NCBI GenBank assembly: GCA_963706325.1
Contig: CAVPLT010000004.1
Coordinates: 160,001 to 224,000 of the forward strand
DNA: 64,000 nt
Origin: an uncultured Nitrospiraceae bacterium
Lineage (GTDB): Bacteria > Nitrospirota > Nitrospiria > Nitrospirales > Nitrospiraceae
Direction of reading: 5' to 3'
Under the pieces are notes generated by a model. That model was not told the DNA's origin and made no database searches. It worked only from the letters and a program-made list of their open reading frames with translations. Positions 47,060 to 56,574 of this stretch are shown in pieces. Position 1 is the first letter of the stretch. Every line of letters begins with the position of its first letter. A program made the translations under genes and the position numbers.

Positions 47060-47097
47060 TGCTGACGAGCGGGCGATAAAAAACCTGCCCGTCAGCA
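47060..47097 (+). terminator. Hairpin after the oxidoreductase operon
   Basis: TGCTGACG-A-GCGGG...CCTGC-C-CGTCAGCA stem; no clear U-tract. Confidence 0.45.
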
Positions 47098-47247
47098 CGA
47101 TCGCGCACGATGGCAGATCTCACTCGTCTCTATGGTGAATGCCGGTATAGAGAAGGTAAGATCGTGGCCACACAGCATTCCATGCTCCCCCTGGTGAACC
47201 CCAATATATACTGACGGCATGCGGTGAGATAGGGAACCATGCGTCCG

Positions 47248-47276
47248 TTGACACGGAGCCTTCTACACTGTACTGT
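47248..47276 (+). promoter_or_regulatory. Sigma-70 promoter upstream of the CsbD-like gene
   Basis: TTGACA-17 bp-TACTGT. Confidence 0.65.
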
Positions 47277-47282
47277 GCGCAC

Positions 47283-47373
47283 GTGACGTTTTGAACCACG
47301 CCGACTGTCTCATCTCTCGCGCAACCCTTCGGCGCGTCTGATTCTCCGGTCTTCGATGCTTCTACGCCGGAGT
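47283..47373 (+). ncRNA. Candidate cis-regulatory leader RNA, copy B
   Basis: Homologous to 43275-43373 at the same offset from the -10 box. Confidence 0.5.
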
Positions 47374-47464
47374 TTCATATCAGAATACCAGGTCTTGCCA
47401 TGCGTCCGCGCGTGTCAGCCCTCACACAGTGTGGCGGTACGCCAGCCACCTAAAAGGAGCCGTG

Positions 47465-47713
47465 ATGACACAAGAACAATTCCAACAATTTTGGCTACAA
47501 CTCAAAGCTCCATTGAAAGCCAAATGGGAGAAAATCACCGATAACGATCTCGGAGAGATCCAAGGCAATCTCGCCAAGTTTAACGACATTCTTCAGAAAC
47601 GTTATGGAGATGCGAACAAGGACGAAGTGGGAATCTGGGCCGATCGTCGGCATGCCCATTGGAGCGGAAACTACTATGGATACAAGGATCCTCAGCAGCA
47701 GACTACCGGCTAA
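47465..47713 (+). CDS. CsbD-like stress protein
   Basis: AAAGGAG ribosome-binding site; WLQLKAPLKAKWEKITDNDL...ILQKRYG. Confidence 0.8.
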   Translation: MTQEQFQQFWLQLKAPLKAKWEKITDNDLGEIQGNLAKFNDILQKRYGDANKDEVGIWADRRHAHWSGNYYGYKDPQQQTTG

Positions 47714-48350
47714 CCTCTCTCTTGTCGCCACAGATCTGAGGCAGCTCGGTAACCTTTCTTCTCACGCCTTCGAGTGGGTAACAGAGAGAGAATCGATATA
47801 TGACGAGATTGCCACCAACAAGACTAGTGAGGTTTGCATAAGTCACAAGGCTTTTGTTCGCCCGCGAAAGTTGGGATAATCGGATTGCATTGAAGGACAG
47901 GGATTTGGGAGCCCCTTGTCCGGCCACTGCTGGTTATCAGGAGCCAAGCTTAGGTCAATTCGGCATCTTACCGTGACGATCAAGGCTTGTTCAAGCAATA
48001 GGAAGAGCTGCCTAAATAAGCCAATGAGCACTGTGTCGAACGAAGGGTCGTGATTTATTCCGGATAATGTGCAGTGGGTGATTGTCAAAAAGGTGGAAGC
48101 GAACCTGTGAGCGAGCAGTATCGCACCTGGAGTTGAGCCGATCACGCATTGGCTAGCCTCTCTGCCTAAATCCGGGGTGACCATTTTTGTAACGATCCCC
48201 CACGGCATCTTGTGCTACCCGATTGTCGAGTACATCTTCTCTGGGAGGATCATGTCTAGTGATTAAGACGTAGCTTCCAACCCTCACAAAAATGAATCCC
48301 ATAGAGTTCCACCTGGGCGCTCTCCTCCCTGCATTGACCTGCCCCTCTTG

Positions 48351-50015
48351 CTAGTACGCCCAAGTTAATAGAGTCGTGAATACGTTTTTGCTGTAGTTAT
48401 AGACGGGAACGTTCGAGCTGTTCAGTACCCCTTGATACTGAAGTGCAACAGTGAGGTTGCGAGGTAATGGCTTCGCGATCTGGAAGAAGATGTCCTGCTC
48501 GGTATCCCGGCGGGGAGATAACTGACCGGCATCATCCAAAAATATTATTTGCGCATAGTTGTAAGCGCGCCAGTGAACCTCGTAATCGAGTCGCAGACTG
48601 AGCTCATACCAGGGAAGAGTGGCTTGTCCTCCAAGTTGAAGCCGATTGCCCGAATAGGCGAAGCTGGATCCGCTTGCGGCTTCGGTATCGCGCTGATATC
48701 CAATGCGGACAATGTACTTGTCCTGCCGAAATCGGAAGGCGTGGAGAAACCCTATCATATTATTGAACGCATCCCGTGACTCGGGACCGAATCGGATGTC
48801 GTTATTGCCAGGCTCCGCATAGAATTCCTTGCGTTGATAACGATAGAGAACCGTGATCAAATTCTCCATCCGGCCGACCACCGGCAGCAAGACCGCGGGT
48901 GGAACCAACGTGGCAGGTAGGGTCAGACTGTGGCGGGAGAGAAAACCTGTCAAATCGAGAAACATATAGTCATAACTGTACTGCCCTCCAATCTCGTAGG
49001 GCATCGTCCCGATGGTCCCTCGATAGACTCCAGATAGAGCCCCCAAATGATCTTGGATATTAAACCTTCCTACGCCGCTATTGGTATTGACGGTTTGGTA
49101 GTAGGAGTAGGTCACTGTCGACTCGATCGGGCCGTTGCGATACCAGGCATAGTCACCGCGTGCCGATGTTACGAGACCCGGTGATTGGGTCGAACGCGAG
49201 CGAAGAGCCTCTGCCACCGGGTCGCTGCTCTGGCGTGGATTGACAGCCACGTTATCGTCGTAATAGCCCCCAACGGCCACCTGCAGGCGCAACCGCTGAG
49301 TGTCCGTGACCCGCTTGGTTGCGGCGAGGGCTTCCTGGACGCGTACGGATGCGCCTGTGATGGGAGAGCTAGGCTGTACACGTTGCGCGGAAGCCAACTC
49401 GGCCTGAGCCTGATCCGACAGTCCAAGGATTCCCAGCGAGAGTCCTCGATAGAATGATGCGAGCTGCCGCAAATCCTGATCAGTGGACACATTTGCGCCT
49501 AGTGCCGCGGCTGCGCCCTCATAATCCTTCTGTCGATAGCGAAGAAACCCCACATAGAATCCCAGGTTTTCACGCTGCGCTTCCTGCTCAAAGACTTCCT
49601 CCAGTAGGGGCGCGGCTTTGTCATAATTTCGGAGGGCAAAGTGGGCCGTACCCAGTTGGTAAGCGACTTCCAAATCGGATGGGCGAAGAGAGCGGAGGGT
49701 AGTCAAAGGGGCGAGTGCCTGGTCCGCATGACCCTTTGCTAGATGACAGAGCGCTAAATAATACAAGGCTCGGGCCTGACGCGGATTCAGGGCGACGGCT
49801 TTCGAAAGCAGTGCGATGGCCTCATCGTACCGTTTGGCATCATAAGCAAAGATTCCTTCGGCTACCAACACCTCCGCATCAGCCTCCTGGGCCTGAACGG
49901 AGCAGGTCAGCAATATTGTGGGAAGCAAGACGAGAATTCCTACGAGGAGTTTCATCGTCAGATAAAGATGCGATCGATTTGAAAAATGGATCGCGCGAGT
50001 TTGATATCGGATCAT
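48351..50015 (-). CDS. TPR-repeat outer-membrane beta-barrel protein (Slam-like architecture)
   Basis: Signal peptide, several TPRs, GGYYDDNV barrel start, alternating beta-strands, terminal aromatic residue (LTWAY). Confidence 0.8.
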   Translation of the reverse strand: MIRYQTRAIHFSNRSHLYLTMKLLVGILVLLPTILLTCSVQAQEADAEVLVAEGIFAYDAKRYDEAIALLSKAVALNPRQARALYYLALCHLAKGHADQALAPLTTLRSLRPSDLEVAYQLGTAHFALRNYDKAAPLLEEVFEQEAQRENLGFYVGFLRYRQKDYEGAAAALGANVSTDQDLRQLASFYRGLSLGILGLSDQAQAELASAQRVQPSSPITGASVRVQEALAATKRVTDTQRLRLQVAVGGYYDDNVAVNPRQSSDPVAEALRSRSTQSPGLVTSARGDYAWYRNGPIESTVTYSYYQTVNTNSGVGRFNIQDHLGALSGVYRGTIGTMPYEIGGQYSYDYMFLDLTGFLSRHSLTLPATLVPPAVLLPVVGRMENLITVLYRYQRKEFYAEPGNNDIRFGPESRDAFNNMIGFLHAFRFRQDKYIVRIGYQRDTEAASGSSFAYSGNRLQLGGQATLPWYELSLRLDYEVHWRAYNYAQIIFLDDAGQLSPRRDTEQDIFFQIAKPLPRNLTVALQYQGVLNSSNVPVYNYSKNVFTTLLTWAY

Positions 50016-50217
50016 GAATTGTTCTCCATCCCGCCTTCGTACAACGGCATTTTCATGGCTTGACCTAGGCACGATCCCCCACCTACTGTACGACAGGTCC
50101 TGGTTGTTTTACGGGTCACAGTACCTGTAAAGTGGCAGCAGTAAACACTTTGCAGGCCATCCTGTCAAAATAGGCATGCTCGTTTTTGAACAGGTTCACA
50201 ACAAGGATTGGTGTCTT

Positions 50218-51315
50218 ATGAGAACCGTCGACTTCTGGTTACGCATGCTCTCATGCTGGGTCATATTCTTACTGGGTACCATGATGGGAGCTTGGGCGGA
50301 AGAACCATCGCGATTTGTTCCCGGCGATGGGCATTCGGTCGGGGTGGTGATGGGAATTTCGGGTGGACTCGTTTCGATTGGTTCCGCTGGTCTCGCCAGT
50401 CGAACTGTGAAAGTGGGTGATCTCATGGCCGCCGGTGATGAGATTTCAACCGGACTCGGCGTGAAGGTGGATGTATTATGGGATCATCGCGTGTTGCTCA
50501 CCTTGCATGACGAGGCACGGCTGCAGATCCAAGAAACGCATCATGGCCAAACCGAGCTGCGCCTTCACAGGGGAACCGTGCGGATTGCCTTGTCCTATGA
50601 CGCGGGGCGGATGACTGACAGGCTTACCCTCCAGACGGCGCTCGCGCGGACAGTGAGTCGAGGAGGAATTCTAGAGGCCACAGTGATGGGAGAAGAGCAG
50701 CAATCTTTTTTTGCGCGATTGGTCAATGCCCCCGCGGTAGAAACTCTGCGAGTATTCGAAGGGCAGGCTCGAGTGGAGCCGCTGACCGGTGAAGGCAAAC
50801 CGTTTTCCATCAAGGCGGGATCAGAGGTCTCTCTGAAACCAGGGATACTCAATCCCATTTCGGAAATGCAATCGGCATCGCGCGCGCTTCAACCCCTTGC
50901 AGTCAGGGAGGAACATCGTGGGCCTCCTCAGCCGGTCACGCGTCAAATCGCCAATGCTCATGTTGATCTCGCCCTGGAAGTCGAGAAGGAAATCCAGCGC
51001 TCCAGTGCGGCGGGTACAGAAAAGGACCTACCCGGTGTGACCGCCAAAGGCGCCATTTTGCCGACAAGTACCGGGCTGCCATCTTTTCCTGGGGCTCAGG
51101 CATTCGCAGGAGGAAGCTCAATCGGGACGCCTTCGAGCACTTCTTCATCTGCCATTCCGTCAACTCCCATATTGTCTCTGCCCCTGGCTTCGCCCATTCA
51201 AGGAGCCGGTGCTGGTGCAGGCCCTGCTCAGTCCGGTGGGCTCAACAGCAGTGGATTACTTAAGCAAGTTCTCAACGAGGTCGGTAAGGGGGCAAAGGGA
51301 CAGGGGAAGAAGTAA
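50218..51315 (+). CDS. FecR-domain exported protein
   Basis: Signal peptide, GDEISTG, LHRGTVRI, LQTALARTVSRGG, VFEGQARV; low-complexity C-terminus. Confidence 0.7.
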   Translation: MRTVDFWLRMLSCWVIFLLGTMMGAWAEEPSRFVPGDGHSVGVVMGISGGLVSIGSAGLASRTVKVGDLMAAGDEISTGLGVKVDVLWDHRVLLTLHDEARLQIQETHHGQTELRLHRGTVRIALSYDAGRMTDRLTLQTALARTVSRGGILEATVMGEEQQSFFARLVNAPAVETLRVFEGQARVEPLTGEGKPFSIKAGSEVSLKPGILNPISEMQSASRALQPLAVREEHRGPPQPVTRQIANAHVDLALEVEKEIQRSSAAGTEKDLPGVTAKGAILPTSTGLPSFPGAQAFAGGSSIGTPSSTSSSAIPSTPILSLPLASPIQGAGAGAGPAQSGGLNSSGLLKQVLNEVGKGAKGQGKK

Positions 51316-51338
51316 GCGGCGTATACGAGCGGCCGTCG

Positions 51339-51764
51339 TCAAAAGGAACGGCAGGCTTGTGAACGAATTCTCATGACCGCTTCCTGGTGAAAATCATTTT
51401 TGTACGTCTCCATGATATGTTGGAGGGCGGTGTCGTTCTGCCGACTCCCGTCGTGCGTCAGCTGGAGTACGTGGGATGTTTCGTGTTGGATTGCTCCGGT
51501 TGCCATTCTCCACCGGCCAGACGCCGCCCATGTCGTCAGTCCGTCCGGGAATGCCGGTGTGACGACCGCGTCGATAAATGCGTCCCATTCTTCAGCTGCC
51601 ACTATTCCCTCCGGCTTTGCTATACCGAAATAGAGCGTCTCGGTCACCACAGCATGTTCGCTCGATAAACAGGTGAGGGGGTGAGTCACTCCACAACCTG
51701 TGGGGATGAACAGCATGATGACAAGGAAGAGGACTCGATTCAGTAGCATGATGGGAGAGAGCAA
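51339..51764 (-). CDS. DUF3574 lipoprotein
   Basis: PTGC lipobox, TLYFG, EWDAFIDAVVTPAFPDGLT, FHQEAVMR. Confidence 0.85.
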   Translation of the reverse strand: MLSPIMLLNRVLFLVIMLFIPTGCGVTHPLTCLSSEHAVVTETLYFGIAKPEGIVAAEEWDAFIDAVVTPAFPDGLTTWAASGRWRMATGAIQHETSHVLQLTHDGSRQNDTALQHIMETYKNDFHQEAVMRIRSQACRSF

Positions 51765-51816
51765 TAATCTAGCTGACTGGAAACTCCGGAGGGAGATGCC
51801 GACCGAACCTTCGGTC

Positions 51817-52125
51817 TTACTTCCTAGCCTTGCCTGAGTCTTGGGGTGTCTTGGGGCGGTCTTTTTCCTTGTCGCCTCCGGTCACCTTCTTGAACGTGTC
51901 GCCGATCGCTGGTCCGATTTTCGGAATCTCTTCCTCGATATTTTTCGCAGCGCTTTTGATTCCTCGTCCTAGATTTTCAAGAGTCAGGCCCTGGTTTGAT
52001 CCAGCCTTGCCCGTATTCGTAGGTTCCGACGCTTGGATGTAAACCGCACCAAGCGCGGTGGGAATACACAGGGCCAGGGGTAGAAATACAACTGATGCTC
52101 GCATCAAGCCTCTCGTTCTATTCAA
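51817..52125 (-). CDS. Small exported hypothetical protein
   Basis: Signal-like N-terminus followed by a helical, Lys-rich segment. Confidence 0.6.
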   Translation of the reverse strand: MNRTRGLMRASVVFLPLALCIPTALGAVYIQASEPTNTGKAGSNQGLTLENLGRGIKSAAKNIEEEIPKIGPAIGDTFKKVTGGDKEKDRPKTPQDSGKARK

Positions 52126-52218
52126 TAGTATCGGAGAAGGCGCTGTACGGCAATGGCCCGGCCAGGGCCAAACTGATTAGGAGGATCAGCAAACGGGTGC
52201 GATCGGGCAGCATATTGG

Positions 52219-52248
52219 TTGACCGCTGGTGGCAGCATGAGGTACAGT
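52219..52248 (+). promoter_or_regulatory. Sigma-70-like promoter of the DEAD-box helicase (about 160-nt leader)
   Basis: TTGACC-18 bp-TACAGT. Confidence 0.5.
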
Positions 52249-52414
52249 GGTCACTAGTGCAGCATTGTATCGGTCCACCGGTGCTGAACTCTTCTATGTG
52301 GGCCGCGCGATCGCATCGCGACCAGGTCCAGTCTGGAGCTGACTCCCTTCGGATTCACCCTCCCCTCGGTTCTCTGATCCCGTCTTAATGCGATCACAAC
52401 GAAAGGATAGCCTC

Positions 52415-53710
52415 GTGCAGACGACTGCGTTTACTAGTTTTGACACCCTTGGTGTGTCTCCTACCCTCTTGCGGAATCTGACCAAAGCAGGTTTCGCTGA
52501 ACCGACGCCCATTCAAGCTCAAGCCATCCCCTATGCCCTCGCTGGCCGCGATGTCTTGGGATGCGCACAGACCGGGACCGGTAAGACTGCAGCTTTTGTC
52601 ATTCCCATGTTGGAACGTTTAAGCGGAACGCCGAAAGGCCAACCACGCGCGCTCATTCTGGCGCCGACTCGCGAGCTGGCGATTCAAATTCAGGGAACCA
52701 TCGATACCTTGGGTCGCGATTTGCAATTGTTCGCGACCACTGTCGTGGGTGGAGCGGACATGCAAGCCCAGGTGAGAGGTTTGCGGCAACGTCCGGATAT
52801 CATCGTTGCGACACCTGGACGGTTCCTCGATCACATGTGGAACGGAACCATCAGCCTACTCGCCATGACCATGCTGGTTCTGGATGAGGCGGACCGAATG
52901 TTGGATATGGGATTTTCCCAGCAGATTAACCAAATTCTCGACGCGATGCCTGAGGAGCGACAGACGTTGCTGTTCTCTGCCACCATGCCGACTGATCTTG
53001 CCCGATTGGCTCAGGCCAGTGTGAAGGATCCCGTGAGAGTCATGGTTACCAAGTCTGCGGCGACTGCCGACGGTGTTTCCCAAGCCGTGCATCACACCAC
53101 GCATGACCGCAAAAACGCTCTTTTAATGTCCCTCCTCCAGACTGAGTCGGATACCGTCCTGGTCTTCGCCAGGACGAAGCATCGGGCAGATCGATTGGGA
53201 AATATGCTGGATACAGCTGGCCATCGCGTTGCGGTATTGCACGGTGGACGCACTCTGCCACAGCGCCGCGCAGCGTTGGAGGGATTTCGGCGGGGGACGT
53301 TTCGGGTGCTGGTGGCCACCGACATCGCCGCACGGGGAATCGATGTGGCGAATATCGCCCATGTGATTAACTACGATGTGCCCAATTGTCCGGAAGACTA
53401 CGTCCATCGAATCGGACGGACGGCTCGCATGAGAGCAACTGGCCGGGCGACGACATTTGTCACGGCGGAGGACCACGAACAATTGCGCGCGATCGAGCAG
53501 TTGCTGGGTCAAGCGGTACCGCGTGCGGATGGGAGTCTGGCTTCACCCACCATGATGACCCGATCTGAGGGGCACCCCGCGCGAAGCGAACCTGAGCGTC
53601 GTCGACGACGCGGAGCCTCATCCCAGAGGTGGCGCCAGACTGTCGAGGGTGGGGGGCGCGAGTCGAGCGGGGAAATTAAACATGGAAGTGATCTTGGACC
53701 AGTGTCTTAA
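52415..53710 (+). CDS. DEAD-box RNA helicase (RhlE-like)
   Basis: Q motif, AQTGTGKT, PTRELA, DEAD, SAT, HRIGRTAR; GTG start after AAAGGA. Confidence 0.95.
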   Translation: MQTTAFTSFDTLGVSPTLLRNLTKAGFAEPTPIQAQAIPYALAGRDVLGCAQTGTGKTAAFVIPMLERLSGTPKGQPRALILAPTRELAIQIQGTIDTLGRDLQLFATTVVGGADMQAQVRGLRQRPDIIVATPGRFLDHMWNGTISLLAMTMLVLDEADRMLDMGFSQQINQILDAMPEERQTLLFSATMPTDLARLAQASVKDPVRVMVTKSAATADGVSQAVHHTTHDRKNALLMSLLQTESDTVLVFARTKHRADRLGNMLDTAGHRVAVLHGGRTLPQRRAALEGFRRGTFRVLVATDIAARGIDVANIAHVINYDVPNCPEDYVHRIGRTARMRATGRATTFVTAEDHEQLRAIEQLLGQAVPRADGSLASPTMMTRSEGHPARSEPERRRRRGASSQRWRQTVEGGGRESSGEIKHGSDLGPVS

Positions 53711-53739
53711 ATTCTAGGACCATACGTGGCAAGGGAGGA

Positions 53740-54084
53740 ATGATGGTAAGTGATCAGAAACACGATGCGACCCGGGCGGTGAGTCAATGGCTTAGAATTC
53801 CTGATGGAACGATGGTGCAACATCGTTTGGATGGGCAAAAGGGGCATATCGACGGACTTACTGAGATTGTTACAGGGCCGAGCAGGAATCCTGACGGTAG
53901 GACTCAGTATCGAATCAATGTTGGCAAGGGAGACAGGGTGCTGATTGCGGAGGAGGATCTCTTGATTGTGACGGATGCCGAGGGGCTAGTCAAAATGGCG
54001 AAGGAGAAGGGTGAATACCGCTCACTCGTCAACAAACAGTTGCGTGGCGTGTTCGGAGAAGACCGCTTCGTCAAGATGGTTTAG
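53740..54084 (+). CDS. Hypothetical protein
   Basis: GGGAGG ribosome-binding site, 114 aa ORF. Confidence 0.7.
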   Translation: MMVSDQKHDATRAVSQWLRIPDGTMVQHRLDGQKGHIDGLTEIVTGPSRNPDGRTQYRINVGKGDRVLIAEEDLLIVTDAEGLVKMAKEKGEYRSLVNKQLRGVFGEDRFVKMV

Positions 54085-54128
54085 TTTGTCCCGCATCAAG
54101 TGGGCCATGGTTGACCCAGGAACCCTTG

Positions 54129-54317
54129 CTAATAGAGTGGTTCCTGGGGACCCCATTGCAACCCTTCTAAGTCAGGGTCATCACCTTCGGATGTCGTGGG
54201 GCGGGTTGGTTTTTCGGCCTTTCGCTGCACACGACGAGCTTCCTTTTCTCGCTGTTTGACTTGTTTGGCTTTTTCTCGATCGCGTTTCGCGATGGTCGTC
54301 TTACCTGCTCGTGCGAT
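54129..54317 (-). CDS. Small basic protein with apparent ATC start codon
   Basis: AGGAGGAGG 5 nt before ATC. Translates (M)ARAGKTTIAKRDREKAKQVKQREKEARRVQRKAEKPTRPTTSEGDDPDLEGLQWGPQEPLY*. An in-frame TAG lies just upstream. Absent from the ORF track. Confidence 0.7.
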   Translation of the reverse strand: MARAGKTTIAKRDREKAKQVKQREKEARRVQRKAEKPTRPTTSEGDDPDLEGLQWGPQEPLY

Positions 54318-54371
54318 GGTTGCCTCCTCCTATTCGTTCCCTATTGAGGTAGTCGAATAGACTTGCTTTCG

Positions 54372-54653
54372 TTATGTGCCGGATGGTCGACGGGGGGTGT
54401 GTGTCGTGCTGGGGCGCGCATGGGCGCGCGCAGGTCGAACTTGGGTTTGTTCCGACCGTGCCCGAGTTTCCGCCCCGAATCCAGAACTTGCTAAGTTCGT
54501 GACAGCACGTCGAATTTCCTCCATGGGAGTCTCCTGGGATTCCAAAGAAGGGTCGACGAGTCCGAGTTGCGTCCAACGAATTCTCAGCTTCGGGACAGTT
54601 CGTTTTTTCTTGTGTGCAGGTTTGTTACCCCGCCAGACAGACGTAATTTTCAT
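54372..54653 (-). CDS. Small basic hypothetical protein
   Basis: AAAGGAG ribosome-binding site; Lys/Arg-rich 93 aa ORF co-oriented with the ATC gene. Confidence 0.6.
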   Translation of the reverse strand: MKITSVWRGNKPAHKKKRTVPKLRIRWTQLGLVDPSLESQETPMEEIRRAVTNLASSGFGAETRARSEQTQVRPARAHARPSTTHTPRRPSGT

Positions 54654-54873
54654 CGTACACTCCTTTCGCCGAACAACAGAATGGCGATGTCCAGGCCATC
54701 AAACTGGGTGCAGTGGGGCCTACACAAAACCGCGCCCCATGCTTGCCCATTCGGTCATCCGGTGAGGGACGAATGGGCCCTAGGAGGAACGTAGTAAATA
54801 AGGGGAACAATCGCGCAGCAGTATCGCAGAAACGCGAAGCGTAGGGCATTGCTCATAGCTCGTACGGTGAGTG

Positions 54874-54903
54874 AACCTACCATGCTTTCGGTAGTCCGGT
54901 CAA
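54874..54903 (-). promoter_or_regulatory. Sigma-70-like promoter for the two small basic genes
   Basis: TTGACC-18 bp-TAGGTT with TG extended -10, on the minus strand. Confidence 0.55.
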
Positions 54904-55014
54904 GGAGCCCGCTGTGCTTCGACCGGGTGAGCAGTCGGCCCTAGCCAACAATCTGTGGTTACATGTCAGCAAGCTGCAGCATGTAGAGCTCCTCCGTTCA
55001 CATTTTCATAGGGA

Positions 55015-56568
55015 CTAGGGGCGGGGGCTTGGTTCCGGGAACCTGCTGGAGGGGCGTCGAATTCCCAGCTTCCGGAGACGGCTACGCAATGTCTCGGGGT
55101 TGAGTCCAAGCACTTGGGCCGCCCCCTGGTCGCCATAAATTCGCCATTTCGTCCGTCCCAGGACTTCCAGGATGTGATTGCGTTCTACTTCACCCAGGTT
55201 TTCAGACGAGTCTCTTGAAGGGCTAGCTCCCACCTGAATAGGCCGGAACAGCCTCTCGTCCACCGTCACGCAGGACGACCTGGATAGAATCACGGCCCGT
55301 TCGATCACATTATGCAGCTCGCGTACGTTGCCGGGCCAGTGATAGGTGAGCAGTCGTGCCATCGAGTGCGGATCAAACGTGAGGCGCGTTCGCTTCAGTT
55401 TCGCGCCGATCTGAGCGAGAAAATGCTGGGCCAAGAGAGGGATATCCTCCTGTCGGTCCCTGAGCGCCGGCAAGGCAATTGGGAAGATATGCAGGCGGTA
55501 ATACAGATCGGCTCGAAAGGTTCCTCGCTGTATAGCGGCCGACAAGTCCGCATTGGTGGCGGCAATTATGCGAACGTCTACCGAAACCGGCTGGGTTCCA
55601 CCGATTCTATCGACCATCCCGTCTTGCAGGACCCGCAGCAGCTTGGCCTGTGTTTCCAAAGGCATTTCGCCGATTTCATCCAGGAATAATGTGCCACTGT
55701 TAGCGAGCTCGAAACGTCCTGCACGGCGTAACTGGGCACCGGTAAATGCGCCCCGTTCATGACCGAATAATTCACTTTCGATGAGGCCTGCAGGGAGTGC
55801 CGCGCAATTGACGCGAATAAACGGCTTGGAGCTGCGTGCGCTCAAGTCGTGAAGGGCCTGAGCGAGCACTTCTTTTCCGGTTCCCGTTTCTCCGAGAAGG
55901 AGGACAGTCGTATCCGTTGGCGCGACGGCTTTGACCAAATCCACCACTTTCGTGAAAGCGGGTGATGTACCGACAATCAAGCGGAGATTGCGGCTGGCTT
56001 TGACCTCGTCCGCGAGATACTCATTTTCACGGCGCAATTGTTCGCTGAGTTGCTTGATTTGCTGGTAGGCCAGGACGTGATCGATGGCATAGGCGATCTG
56101 GGTCGCGACCTGCTGGAGGAATTTACAGTCATTGGGATCGGGATCGCCCGCTTGCACGCTGCCGATGTTCAACGTGCCGAGGCAATGGTCCTGGACGGGC
56201 AGCGGCAAATTAATCATCCGCCCGAGGCCCTCCTCGACGTAATAGCGATCTTCCAGGAACACCTGTTCTCGCTGGAGGTCTGCTCGGATGTGCAACCGCC
56301 GATGGTCATAGACCCATCCGACCGCGCTGCCTTGGCGGGGAATAACGGTGTCATGCGCGAGAGCTGGTGCCGCCAGGTTCGTGACGACGGCATAAAATCG
56401 AAAGGAATCGGTGTTGGGTTCGTACAGCGTGATGCCGGCGCGATCCCAGGGTATCACCTTTTGAATTTGATCAGCGATGACACGCCACAAACTCTCAATG
56501 TCCCGCTGCGAGTTCAGGGCGTTCGTGACTTCAAGGAGCGTTTCATAATTCAGGGTGGCGCGCTGCAT
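55015..56568 (-). CDS. Sigma-54-dependent transcriptional activator, GAF + AAA+ + HTH (FhlA/HyfR-like)
   Basis: N-terminal [33 protein letters not shown]-terminal HTH. Confidence 0.93.
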   Translation of the reverse strand: MQRATLNYETLLEVTNALNSQRDIESLWRVIADQIQKVIPWDRAGITLYEPNTDSFRFYAVVTNLAAPALAHDTVIPRQGSAVGWVYDHRRLHIRADLQREQVFLEDRYYVEEGLGRMINLPLPVQDHCLGTLNIGSVQAGDPDPNDCKFLQQVATQIAYAIDHVLAYQQIKQLSEQLRRENEYLADEVKASRNLRLIVGTSPAFTKVVDLVKAVAPTDTTVLLLGETGTGKEVLAQALHDLSARSSKPFIRVNCAALPAGLIESELFGHERGAFTGAQLRRAGRFELANSGTLFLDEIGEMPLETQAKLLRVLQDGMVDRIGGTQPVSVDVRIIAATNADLSAAIQRGTFRADLYYRLHIFPIALPALRDRQEDIPLLAQHFLAQIGAKLKRTRLTFDPHSMARLLTYHWPGNVRELHNVIERAVILSRSSCVTVDERLFRPIQVGASPSRDSSENLGEVERNHILEVLGRTKWRIYGDQGAAQVLGLNPETLRSRLRKLGIRRPSSRFPEPSPRP

Positions 56569-56574
56569 GGCGGG

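Noticed and set aside
47283..47453. TGA read-through (selenocysteine) peptide in leader copy B
   Set aside because: Frame similarity to copy A is explained by ungapped nucleotide homology; the aligned residue is Gln, not Cys.
47720..48350. AT-richer gap with a hydrophobic minus-strand ORF (47843-48208)
   Set aside because: No recognisable family; may be a remnant.
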